Assembly: GCA_043228905.1 (NCBI GenBank)
Contig: JBHGNT010000009.1
Coordinates: forward strand, 16,182,001 to 16,246,000
DNA length: 64,000 bases
DNA from: Azolla caroliniana
Lineage: Eukaryota; Plantae; Polypodiophyta
Direction of reading: 5' to 3'
Shown here: piece after piece, positions 1-12,500 of the stretch
Numbering within the stretch: the stretch's first letter is position 1
Layout of the letters: the number at the start of each line of letters is the position of its first letter
The notes under the pieces: generated by a model
Told to the model about the DNA's origin: nothing
The model's database searches: none
The model's input: only the letters and a program-made list of their open reading frames with translations
Made by a program: the position numbers and the translations under genes

Positions 1-2312
1 CCCAATAAATAATGCCGAAACTTTGTCACACTGTAGATCATCCCTAGAGCTTCCCGTTCTGTGGTAGAGTAGTTCCGTTCTGCTTGGGATAGCTTCCGGC
101 TGGCATAGTACATTGGCCGGTACCACTTTGGCGCCGTAAGCTGCATAAGTACGCTTCCGATTGCGATGTCGGAGGTGTCCACGAACACATGAAATTCTTT
201 ACTCCAATCCAGAGGCTGTACCACCGGTGCTTGTGACAATAGTACCTTGAGGGCCCTATACACCCTATCCTCGGTGTCGGTCCACTGGAATGGTGTCCGA
301 TGTACGGAGGCATGCAACGGTGTAGCCAGGTCGGCCAAGTATCGGAGCATCCGGCTGTGCCACTGGATCTGGCCTAAGAACCGGCTTAATGCCTTTGCCG
401 TTGCCGGTGCCGATGCTTCTAATATGGCTTTTACTTTGTCTGGGTCGACTGCAATACCTTCTTGGCTCACAATATGTCCTAATAGAGTTCCACCGGACAC
501 GCCAAATACACACTTTGCCGGATTCAAGCTTAGCCGGTACGCTCTACACTTTTCTAGACAAAGACGGAGGTGCTAAAAATGGTCCTCCTCCCAGCTATAG
601 ACGGCAAAATCGTCAAGGAAAACCTGCATAAAAGTCGGGATATATTCACCAAAGATTTCCATGATGATTCGTTGAAATGTTTCCGGTGCCGTTTTGAGTC
701 CGAACATCGTCACCACGGCCACAAACACCCCCCATTCGGTGACGAAAGCCGTTTTCTCTTGGTTGTCGGGGTGCATCCGGATCTGATTATACCCGCTGAA
801 TCCTTCTAGAAATCTATAGACCTCATGGCCGGCGACGGCATCCAACACTCCATCTGTGAACGGAAGTGGAAACGCATCCGTTACCGTAGCTGCATTGAGT
901 TTCCGGTAATCCACACAAACTCGAATTTTTCCGTTCTTCTTCGGTACAACTACGATCGGGCTCAGCCATGTCGCTTTCTTTACCGAACAGATAAAGCCAA
1001 CTCTTAGCAGTTTGTTGATTTCCTCCTTGACTTTGGCGGCATAATTGGGGTTCATCTGGTACCATCTTTGTGCCACTGGTTTTGCGTCCTTGCTCAAGTG
1101 AACTTGATGTTGGTATAACTGAGGGTCGAGTCCTCGCATGTCTTCGTATGACCAGGCGAACACATCACGAAATTCCATGAGAAGTGTGATCATCGCCGTT
1201 TTGTCTTCGGACTTCATCTCCTTGGCGATGTGCACTGGTTTTGCTTCGTCCGTGGTCCCTAGGTTCACTTCTTCCAGTTGCGACGCTTTTACGTGCTGTG
1301 AAACGGCCATTTCCCGTTCCAACGCTTCCTGCGCTTGCCGTAACTCCCGGATTGCGTCTTTATCCGGTTCTGCTTCAGCCTCTTCCGGTTGCGGTAAGTA
1401 TGGTGCTACTGCTTCGGTAATGTCAATTTCGAAGAGGGGTATGATCTTCGGGTTTTCTTGCAAGTACTGAGCTTCTTCTTCGTCAGCTAACCCTTCTAGC
1501 ATGTTGACGCATTCCGCATACAACGGTGTACATTCCTTGCCAGTGCTCGTCCTTGGCTGTGTTGGTACCCGTACCTTGGCTTTTCCTCGCCAGAAGGTAA
1601 TTATATTTTTCCTCCAATTCTGTTTGATATGTGCCGGTTTCAACCAAGGCTGCCCCAGCAATAGCGGGTATGCGCCTTGTGCCTGTAATTGTAGCACTAC
1701 TACCGAGATGTGAAATGTATGACCGCCCACGGTGACTTCTAATTTCTGTATTAATCCTGTCAGCCGCACTGAGCTTGTATCGGCCATCCGAAACCAGAAT
1801 GGACACGGCTCCCACTCGTGGATTCCTAGGGCATCACACATCCGAAGGCTTATTACATTCACCCCAGAGCCTCCGTCTATAACTATGCCGGGGAGTTCTT
1901 TCCCTTTTACAATGGCTGTGATTACCGGACTGCTGGTGTCCACCACCGTTGGTCCCTCGTCCGGATTCGAGAAGAGTACTGGTGCCGGTGATGGTTCTCC
2001 TGCCGTCATGGCCGTCTTCAGTCCTTCTGTGAATCTTGGCACGAGTTGCAGGAGTCTTCCTAGTGGCAACGTAATCTGGCATTCTTGCAACGCCTGCCAT
2101 GTCTCGTTCTCGGAGTGACTACCGCCGGCAAGCCCTACGGTGTTCTCCTTTTGCCGCTGTAAGTCTGTGACATTCTGCTCATTTGCTTTCTTCACCCATT
2201 CCGTTGCTTGTTTCCGGATGGTCTCCTGCGTCTCCCATTCCTTGGCCATGCCCTTCGACCTTGTGGTCACCTGCTGCAGATCTGCCACCTCAAGGACTAC
2301 CATATTTACCGC
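1..2312 (-). pseudogene. Gypsy pol (protease-RT), disrupted
   Basis: ORF 573-2303 carries the protease and RT motifs and ends at a premature TAG at 573. RT/connection-like sequence continues in broken frames toward position 1. Confidence 0.88.
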
Positions 2313-3072
2313 TGTCGTGCCTTTCGGCTCCGGATCGTTTGCGTGAGTCGGGTGGGAACCACCGGGGTTTTGGACTAGGAGAAAGAAAAATACAAATAAG
2401 GCTAGTAAAGAATAGGTATAAAGAGTTATAAGATAAGAATCTCGTGAATCCCACGAGTTTAGTATATTTAGTCAATATTTAGGTAGTAAGAGAGAATTAT
2501 TTTAGCAAATTCGTGAATCCCACGAATATTTTAGATTGATTGATCATTTATAGAAAAATAATCAACAAAAACTACAATGTGCTCCCCATCCTTATATAGT
2601 GATGGGAGAGACTAAGCATAGCTACATGCTTTTTCTCATATGTTCATGCACACTAAATGTGCATGTGATGCTTTTCTAATCCTTGCTTTTATTTGCTAAA
2701 TATAGTGCTCATGCACGCTAGATGTGCATGAGTCACTTTTTAGTTGCTTGCGTTTTTCTATAAAATATTCACGCACTCTAAAAATGCATGATTTACCTTT
2801 TTAATAAAGGTAGGCGCAAATAAAGCACTTATAGTTATTAAATCTATTTGTAGAACACTAAAGATAAGGTAGCATAATGGTAAAGTTGAGGTTTGGCTAT
2901 GTGGAGGTACAAGGTTCAAATCTTGCCCTATGCACGTGATAAATGTCTTGATATTCTTATTTTATTTATTGGTGATAAATATCTTGATATTCTTATTTTA
3001 TTTATTTATATGTAATTAAATCGGTTATATTATTTTTACTTTTTCACGTAGTGTACGAAATACACTACGACA
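2313..3072 (-). mobile_element. Solo LTR (760 bp) inserted at the Gypsy gag/pol junction
   Basis: Termini TGTCGT...ACGACA with 4-bp TSD CCGC (2309-2312 and 3073-3076). Removing it restores the frame KSYEKRLAV-NMVVLEV. A TATA-like motif on the minus strand near 2591 suggests the orientation. Confidence 0.88.
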
Positions 3073-4973
3073 CCGCCAGTCGTTTTTCATAGCTCTTCAC
3101 CGGGCATTGATTACTATAATGGCCTTCCTGTCGGCAGTAGTAGCAGTAGGCTTTCTGGGTATTGTTGGATTCGGCATTGTCTGTTGTACCCGGGGCAGGT
3201 CCTGCGGTACGCGCGGGGTTTTGGACCGGTTGGCTGCTTGGAGCTCCTTGTTCTGGATCCCGTGGGTAGCCACCTTTTTTGAAATGCCGTTTTTTGTTAT
3301 AGCTCTTCTTATTTCGGTACTCTTGACAGGGTTGCCCGTTATATCTGCCGTATTCCTCCCGTTGTTGACGATACCCGGGGGAGTGCTCCCGGTCGTAATG
3401 TTCGTATCGTCTATTGTAATCCCGGTACCGATCATGCCGGTCATAGTTATCCCGCCGATCACCGTACCGGTCATCATTCTCCTGTCGATCACCATACCAG
3501 ACATCATTCTCCCGTCGATCGCCATACCGGACATCCTGTGTCGGTCGGTCGCGGTCCATTCGCCGCCAGCGTTCCTCTTCTTCATCCTAGCTGCTGCGTG
3601 GCTCAATTTGTCGGACGGGCGATGCTTGCCGGTTCAAGAGATTATACTCGCACCTATCCGTCGTATGGCCCTTGGATTGACAGATTACACATTGCGTCCT
3701 CATAGTGCATTCTAGAGCCGAGTGTCTAGAATTCAAGCAGGTTGTGCACTATATTGCTTGCCGAAACCGGAGGTCTTCGTCGGATGGTAACGCCCGTTGG
3801 AGTGCTCCCAGTGTGAGCCAGGAGCTTGTCTTTTCCATCTCTCTCACCCGGTCAATGACCTGGTCGATGGTACTTGTGCGGAAGTCAATTACCGTGCAAA
3901 CCGTGCGTAGGGGTTCCCGGAGCGCGTTTAGGAATATAGTCCTTAATTCCTCCTCCGGGGGTGCGCGGGCAAGCTGACTATGCATCCGTTGAAACCGAAT
4001 GACAAATTGGGGAATGCTCTCCCCTGCCTCCTGTCGGATGGTATAAAATAAGCCTACCATTACGGTCTGGTCTACCTCCTTTTGGAAAATAATGCAAGAA
4101 TTTAGCTTTTAAATCTGCAAAGGTGTTGATGGTAGACGGGTCCTGCGTCCGGCGCCATCTTGCTGCCGGTCCCTCTAATGTGACGCCAAATTCCGCTATC
4201 TTAGAGCGTTCCTCTTCATCCGGGGTCAATCGCTGGGACACATGGTTTGCTTCCCAAGTCTGTTCAAAGGCGTGCACGTGAGCTTCCGCGTCCGGATCAT
4301 CTCTATACTTGGAGTACTGGAACGGCATGTCGTCGTCCGGTATCGGTGCGCGGGCTGGCAATGTTGGTGCTCGTTCCGGGATTTTCTCCGGCGTCGGTGG
4401 TCTTTCCTCTTCTTTTGGTGACGGAGGCCTCTCCTCTTCGACTTCCGGTGTCGGAGGTCGCTCTTCCTCTGCTGGTTCCAGGGGTTCCAACGTTAGCACT
4501 TCCAGTTCCGGTGTCGGTAAGGTATCCGATCCTTCGTCCTCCGGTCCGCCCGGGGTTTCGTTGCTGCTACGGTAGTTCGTGTGCATGCTGTATTCCCCTT
4601 CGGAGTCCGATTCATATGCTGAAAAGGCTTCTGCTTTGCCTTCTCCACTTGCCAACGCCTGGAGAAGGGATTCGGTTTCCCGGAGTTTGCTTAGGCTGCT
4701 GCCATTGTCCGGGTGCGATGTTTGCTGTAACCAGAGGGAGTCCTCCGCTACTCTCCGGATTACATTGGAAAACGAGTGATCCGCTCTAATTTCCTGCGAC
4801 GCTTGCTGGAAAGCCTCACGTCTCCTTTGCCTTTCGGCAAGGCGTCGAGTTCGATCTGTAACCAGGTCGTGCGTTGATCTAGACATCCATCCGTACCGTC
4901 GTTCGCTGCAAAAACAGGAATCGTGGTTGCCAAAAACTGTGTTAACTCTTAGGGCCGAACAATGGCCTAACAC
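3073..4973 (-). pseudogene. Gypsy gag, frameshifted and interrupted by stops
   Basis: ORFs 3978-4973, 3749-4060 and 3065-3559 give a retrotransposon-gag core (LEGPAARW ... QEAGESIPQFVIRF), DRYGDRR tandem repeats and a CCHC zinc knuckle. Confidence 0.85.
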
Positions 4974-5006
4974 AGGGTGTCTACGAAAGACACTTCACCA
5001 AAGGGG

Positions 5007-5374
5007 TGTTACGGCAACAGGATTAGACTCAACGCTTAATCCAACTTAATTAGGTTACTTAGCCTGATCGTCTTTAACAATCACACGCGTAAGATATAAC
5101 AATGAAGGCAGAACGGCAATTAACACAGAGAAATAACAACACTAAGCTTTATTAATTAACCGCTCCTCATTACATTGTATCCGGGCCTTTAAATAGGTTT
5201 CCAGTCTGTATTACAAAACGGTGCCATCCGCACCTGTTCGGGATCGGTCCGGATCCGGAACGGCATACCGATTCCGGTCCGTCCGTCCACACTCATAGCT
5301 TAATTACAACCACATTCCTGCTACTTAAATAACTCCCCGTTTCACACTCTGGACTCCTTTGCCGGCCAGTAACA
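5007..5374 (-). repeat. 5' LTR of the Gypsy element (368 bp)
   Basis: 6-bp terminal inverted repeat TGTTAC/GTAACA and a TATA-like CCTATTTAAAG on the minus strand at 5187-5197. Confidence 0.85.
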
Positions 5375-5993
5375 AGTATTGGTGCATCTTGTACGACCAA
5401 GATGCGTAGTTGGTCCTGTCGACCTTTTGAGTCAGTAGCGAGCTTCCCATACCTATCCATATTGTTGTCTTTTTCTTTTCCGAAAAAAAAACGAAGAACA
5501 CCTTCAACTCTGTTTTGTCACAAGCTTTTCTTGTCGGCTACAGAGGACTTCAACCCTCGCACTCTGATACCATTTAAAATAATACATGTGCGGAAGCGTA
5601 TGCGAAACACAGAGTACACAATTCGGAGAATGACAGTTTGGTAAAAAACACAGAAAACGTAGAGATGGAGAGGGAGAGGGAGAGATAGAGAGACAACAGA
5701 CAACTCATTTCAATTTCAAAATAATGATGCTCTATACATACTTGGTGCTCAGTGAGCACCTTTTATACAAGCCCGGACTATCGGGCTGACACAAGTACTG
5801 ACAATACTTGACTGCTCATAAATGAGCCTCCTACACTTATTCCCAAAACTATTCCTTACGAGGAATATCATTCTTATGGCCTTTCGGTTTACGCACCGAT
5901 AAGGCCACGTTATGCGTACTATTTTACGCACCCAGTCTACACACTGGGTTACGCACCGTGTTACGCACCCAATGTTGAGCTTGTCACTCAACA
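5375..5993 (-). mobile_element. 5' end of a Ty1/Copia element (LTR, PBS, gag start), cut by the Gypsy
   Basis: tRNA-iMet PBS TGGTATCAGAG on the minus strand at 5562-5572 and a gag start MGSSLLTQKVDRTNYASWSYKMHQYLL. The LTR spans ~5573-5993, ends in CAACA on the plus strand and has TTACGCACC repeats. It sits inside the 5' LTR of the next Copia, at the site AACTC. Confidence 0.8.
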
Positions 5994-8900
5994 AACTCGT
6001 TAATAAGTTAGGGCTTAGTATATAAGCGAATACCTAACATTGTAATGAGGGATGACGAGAAAAGTATTGTATCTCTGAGAGAGAACGAAGCAATAAGGAG
6101 CTTTCCATTAAAGCTTGATCTACTGTCTAAGTCTCGATTCACTATACTTTCTGTGTGTGTTGTTTTATGTGCATAAGCGAACAGGTCCGGAATCGTTTTC
6201 CGCATACACGTATACATATATATACATACTTTCCTACAACTAGTATCGGAGCGACCTTGCTGCACGGCAGCAACAGACAACAAATGAAGTTTAGAGGAAA
6301 AGGCTAGGTTAGAAATCTTACTTTCATAAAAAGAATATGGCTTCAACATCCAGAACAAGAGTTGAAATCAGAAAGTTTGACAGCAAAAAATTTGCCCTAT
6401 GGAAGGAGATGATGTAGGATGTGTTGATCATCTCAAGATAGGTTGAAGCCATTCGGCACAACGAAAAGCCTGCTTTGATGACAGCAGAAGAGTGGCGATT
6501 AGTGGACGAAATAGCACGATCCACCATCCAAATGCACCTAGCCGAAAATGTCTACTTCAGCATGGTGAAAGAGACGACAACGTTCTCATTGTGGGAGAAG
6601 CTACAAGCCGTTTATGAAAAGAAGTCCTCATCTTCGAAATTGATTTTTATCAAACAATTGTTCAACATGAAGATCAAAGAGACCAATTCGGCAACCTCCC
6701 ACATCAACACCTTCAGTTGGGTGCTATCTAAGCTCTCGTCACAAGGGATCAACTTCGAAGAAGAAGTGAAAGCCCTTGCCCTCCTGTCGAGCTTGCCGGT
6801 GAGTTGGGAGGTATTCTACATGACATACGCCAATAGCCGACCGATCCTAAACTTGGACAAAACAATCGACCAAGTACTCACAGAGGACATCAGGCGAAAA
6901 TCGATGGGACTAGCCATCAATGAGTCGGCAGAAACCCATCACTTGACCGAGTCGTTCGACCGACAGAACCGGCTGACGCTACAACCGATCGAAAACAAGG
7001 GGAGACCGACAGCGGTCGAAGTCGAAAACGGGCCGATCAAGCGAGTATTGCACACACTGCAGGAAAGTTGGCCACAATGTTTCCGACTGCTGGTCATTAA
7101 AAAGAAAAGAGAGTGGTCGGAGTTCCAAGCAGAATCAGGGACATTCCGACTCGAACCACTCTCCAGTCGGCAACCAGATCAATGTTGCCGACACCCGATC
7201 CGGAGAAATCCTCTCTTTAGAGGACTCAATGATCGGAGAAGTCCTCTACAGTGCACAAGTTACACACACGTGGCTACTAGACTCTAGTGCCACATTTCAC
7301 GTGACCCCCAACATTGAATGGTTCTAGAACTATTCAGCCAACACTAGCAGCACAGTCCGATTGGGAAACGGGCAGGAGTGCAAGATAGCCGGAACCGGGG
7401 AGGTTCCCATCAGATTGCCAAATGGCAACAGAATAACCCTACTCCAAGTTCAGCACATACCCGATCTAAAGAGGAGTCTGGTCTCCAACGGCATGTTAGC
7501 CGTAGACGGGTATCGAATGACTCTACACGAATTGACATGGGTGATCACCCGAGGAAACCTCAAAATCGTTAGTAGGCACAAGTATAATAATCTATACCCA
7601 TTGGTGGTGATCAACCCTGAAGGGCCCATGAACATAGCCGAGAAAACCGACCCGAACTTATGGCATGGTCGACTTGGTCACATGTCTCAAGCCGAACTTG
7701 ATCGGCTGATGTCGGTCGGCTACATTCCGAAACTCCAGGCAAAGACGTACTTCTGCGAGCATTGTTGATATGGGAAACAAACCCGAAGTCCGCACTCTCT
7801 CCACTACGAGTCGGTATGACAACCCCTAGAGCTCGTGCACACAGGCATATGTAGGCCCATGCCAGAGCGATCACTAGGAGGCTCCCGATACTTCATCACA
7901 TTCGTAGATGACTATACACGGAAATTTTGGGCATACTCCATCAAGTCCAAAGATGAAGCGCTCGAGGTCTTCACTCAATGGATATCTGAAGTGGAGAACC
8001 GGTCGGGATACAGAGTGAAGACACTCCGATCTGACAACGAAGGTGAATACACCTCCAAAGCCTTCAAACAGTACTTGTCCGGAAAAGGGATCCAACACCA
8101 AAAGACCGTTTCCTACACACCCATGCAAAATGGAGTGTCAGAACGGATCAACAGGACGATCCAGAAGAGGGTGACGGCAATGCTCTAGCAAGCCGGACTG
8201 AAGCTGAAATTCTGGGCCGAGGTATTGCAGACGGAAGTGTACTTGATAAATCTGGCGCTGTCAAGAGCAATCAGGCTCGAAGTGCCACAGGCACTATGGT
8301 CAGGCAAACAGCCGACCTACAATAGGCTTCGTATATTCGGATGCGAAGCCTATGCCTTCATCCCCAAGGACAAAAGGACGAAGTTGGCACCCCATCCAAC
8401 AAAGTGCGTATTTCTCGGTTATGGAACCGATGGGGACTTCAGCTACCAGTTATGGGACTCTGAGAATCGGAAATTGATCCGGAGCAGTGACGTAGTCTTC
8501 AATGAAGACTCTGTCTTCTCTCAGCGGAACCAATAGAAAACAGTTGGTAAGAAGGTATCCTTCGAAGATGACAGCACAGTCGTAGACGGACCAACCCATC
8601 GGGCCGAATCGGAGACTCAACAAAGAGTCGAACTCCAACAAGCTACCAATTACCCTACCGACACCGAATCGGCAACAAGTCCTATCGTCGAACTCAAAGA
8701 CAAAGTCATCAAAGACACAGCCGAATCGACAAGGATCGATAAAGGCAAAGTCACCAAGAGACAAGTCAGAAAAGAGTCGACGACAACCACAGGGGAGGAC
8801 AACCAGATGTCGCCGAAATCCCAAATCGGGGACGAGACACCTAACAAGAATCCTGACACAACTGGTTCAACAAATATTGATCGTCAATCAGAACCGATCG

Positions 8901-9571
8901 AAGGATCCGAACCAGATATTACGGCACCCAAGAGATCTGGTCAAGCTCGAAGGCAAATAGAGTTTTATCAACCAGGCCTCGACTATGTCAACTACATGGA
9001 TGTAGGTGAACCAAGCACGTATGAAGAATTTATGGCCGCACTGAACGCGGAAACATGGCTACAAGCCATGAAATCCGAAATGGACTCGATTCATCAAAAT
9101 CAAACATGGGAGTTGGTCGAACTACCAGTTGGAAGGAAGCCTCTACCTTGCAAATGGGTTTTCCTATACAAGTATGTATCCGACTCAGAGAAACCCAAGT
9201 ACAAAGCTCAACTTGTCACGAAAGGATTCAAACAGGAATACGGGGTCAACTATGACGAGATATTCTCACCAGTAGTCAAGATGACCACCCTCCGACTCCT
9301 ACTTGGGGTCGTGGTGACAGAAGATCTAGAGCTCGAGCAGATGGACGTAAAGACGACATTCCTACATGGAGATCTGGAAGAAGACATATACATGTCTCAA
9401 CTAACAGGCTTCACGGCGACGGGGGAGGACAGTCACCTCATATGTCGACTAAATTCTATATGGCCTAAAACAAGCGCCGAGAATGTAGTACCAGAAGTTT
9501 GACTCCTACATACGGCAACTTGGATACAACAGAACAGACTCTAAGCCATGCATGTATTTTTGGCAACTGGC

Positions 9572-12500
9572 TGTTGGGATTATGGTCCCTCCGGATGGGA
9601 TGGTCGGATGTCCGGAGATGAATGACGACAAGCCCGGTTGCGGTTTCGGAACCGGATGATGAAGACCCCGGCTTCGGAGCCGGATGACGAATGTACCCAG
9701 AGAGAGATCCGGATGCGGGGACATATCTGTGAATATGTTTGCCAAGGGCCCTTGAGGCTATAGTTGTAAATAGCCCTAAAGTCATATGTGTATAAATATG
9801 ACTTAGGGCAAACAGTTTTTATGTTGCTACTCATTTTTCTGTTTTTCCACTCAAGAGGAGTGAAGAGAGAGCAGCCGCGAGAGAGATAGAGCGTGAGAGA
9901 GGAAGAGGTCGACGCCTCTGTGTAATTCCGCCGCTTGTGGCGAGGACAGCGAGCTCAAGGTCGTCGCCTTACAGCTCGCCATTGTATATTTCTCTGTGCA
10001 TAGTTTTGGTTCGGAGTCTTGTACTCCCGTGGTTTTTCCCGTACAGGGTTTTCCACGTTAAATCGTGTGTCCACTTATTTACCTTTGCATTTCCCATTTT
10101 CTGCAACAACGATTCGTGTGTTTCCTTGGTTGTGGCCGAGAGGTGAAGTTTGGAAAGTGTCGATTATTTCCATCAATTTGGTATCAGAGCGAGCTGCTGC
10201 AGAAAATGGAAGGCGGCGGCAGCGGGCAGCCGGGGATGATGGTGCTGAATGCGCAGAATTACGCCGACTGGAAGATCAAGATGGAGGATCTTCTGATTGT
10301 TCGGGACCTGTACGAACCGATTGACAGGTCGGAAATACCGAAGGGGGTACTTGAGTCGGAATGGAGGCTTCTGAACCGGAAAGCCGTTGCAACCATTCGG
10401 CAATACGTCGACGTGAGCGTTCTACAACATGTGGCGAACGACATCAACGCATATGAGATGTGGCGGAAGCTGTCGGGCCTCTACGAGAGGAAGAATGCGT
10501 TGAACCGGACCTCCCTGATGAGGAAGATAGTGAACCTCAAGTACCGGGACGGCGAGAGTATGGTGGAACACGTAAGCACGTTCATGGGATTCGTGAACCA
10601 GCTTGCGGCGATCAAGTTCCCGCTGGAGGATGCAATGCAAGCCATCATTCTGATGTGTACATTGCCGGAAAGCTGGGAGAACTTGGTGGTGACTCTCAGC
10701 ACCTCCTGCACGGAAGATAACTTGTCCCTACAAACGGTAAAGACAAGTATTTTGAACGAAGAAGCGCGTCGGAGAGATAAAGAACCGGCCTCCGACTCGA
10801 AGGCGCTGCTTACCGAACCGGAACGAGGAAGACAATGGAACCGGAGTCCGCAAAGACGGGAGAAGTCGGGGACCCGGTCGCAGTCAAGAGGAAGACCCAC
10901 ATGCTTCCACTGTGGGAAGCCGGGGCACTTCCGGAAGAATTGTCGGCATTACCGAAAGGACAACGGAGCCGACGACACCGATTCGAAGAAGTCACCGGAG
11001 AGAAACGGTGCATACCGGGGAGCCACGGACCAGAGAGGTCCGGATCGGCGAGGGCAGGACCGGAAAGGAACGACGGCACTCGCGGCAAATGAGGAAGAAA
11101 TCATGCTCATCACCGAAGAAGGTGAACTAAACATTGCCGGCGATGAGACGACCTGGGTGGTCGATTCTGGAGCATCGTTCCACCTGACCCCGGAGAGAAG
11201 ATACTTCTCATCCTACACAGTCGGTGAGCATGGCTGTGTTCGGATGGGAAATGAAGGTATGTGCCGGATTGCCGGCATAGGAGACGTGTGGTTGACAACC
11301 TCGACCGGATGCAAAATGCTGCTGAAGGATGTCCGACACGTTCCGGAGGTTCGATTGAACCTGATTTCGGCCGGGAGGCTAGACGATGAAGGCTACTCAG
11401 GTAGCATCCGGAACGGCGTAATGAAGTTCAGCAAGGGGAGCCTGATAGTGGCTCGGGCCCGGAAAGTCAACACACTATACCTTATGAATGCCTGGTTGTG
11501 TCCGGAAGAGTTGAACGTGACAGCCGACACTGCCGGTGAGCTGTGGCACAAGAGACTGTGCCACATGAGTGAGAATGGGATGAAGAGGCTTGTAGAAGAC
11601 AACCTTATTCCAGTGAAGCATGTGCACCTAGAGAAGTGCACCGATTGCCTGGCCGGTAAGCAGAACCGAACCTCCTTCCACTCAAGGCCACCGACGAGAC
11701 GTAGCGCACCATTGGAGTTGGTGCACACTGATGTGTGTCAGGTAGAAACGAAGTCACATGGCGGAGCCCAGTACTTCGTAACATTCATTGATGATCACAG
11801 CCGGAAGCTGTGGACGGCACCGTTGAAGACAAAGGACCAAGTGTTGTGCGTCTTCAAAGAACTCCACGCGAGAGTGGAAAGGGAATCCGGCAAGAAGCTG
11901 AAAGCGATACGAGCGGATAACGGAGGGGAATACCGGGGGCAGTTCGCAGAGTACTGTCGCTCGAAGGGAATCCGGCTCGAGTTTACTGTGCCGAAGACGC
12001 CGGAACTGAACGGGCTGGCCGAGAGGATGAACCGGACCATAATGGAGAGGGTCCTGAGTATGCTGGCGCATGCGGAATTACCCAAGGGGTTTTGGGCTGA
12101 GGCGATGTCAACGGCGACATACGTGATAAACAGATCACCCTCAGTACATTTGGACGGAGACACGCCGCAGAGAGTGTGGACCGGTAGGGAAGTATCCTAC
12201 CGGCATCTGAAGGTGTTCGGGTGTCTCGCATACGTGCATGTGGCAAAGGACCGGAGAGGAAAGCTAGATCCAAAGACCCGGCCATGCATATTCCTCGGTT
12301 ACGGCGATGACGAGTTCGGCTACCGAGTATGGGACCCAGTCGACAAGAAGATATTCCGGAGTCGTGATATCATCTTCATGGAGAACAAGACACTCGCCGA
12401 CTGGGAGTCGGAGAAGAAGATGAAGAGCTCCAAGTCGACCGGTGAGGATAAACTCTACGAGGAGCAGTCCCGACCGGCAAGGGACCGGTTAACACTCGAA

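Larger units (their letters stand above)
1..5374 (-). mobile_element. Ty3/Gypsy LTR retrotransposon (non-chromovirus-like), decayed; 3' part runs off the window start
   Basis: On the minus strand: 5' LTR 5007-5374 (TGTTAC...GTAACA), gag with a CCHC knuckle (CYYCRQEGHYSNQC), protease (VIDGGSGVN) and RT (SPIVVVPKKNGKIRVCVDYRKLN ... VFLDDF). It interrupts a Copia gag at 5375. Confidence 0.93.

Noticed and set aside
4985-5006. Unrecognised PBS of the first Gypsy (TGGTGAAGTGTC) as possible self-priming
   Set aside because: I found no complementary sequence in the LTR and could not assign a tRNA by eye, so it is left unresolved.
10065-10205. N-terminal extension of the Copia ORF in the ORF track
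   Set aside because: It runs through the LTR and PBS. The real start is the ATG at 10206, matching the intact sister element.
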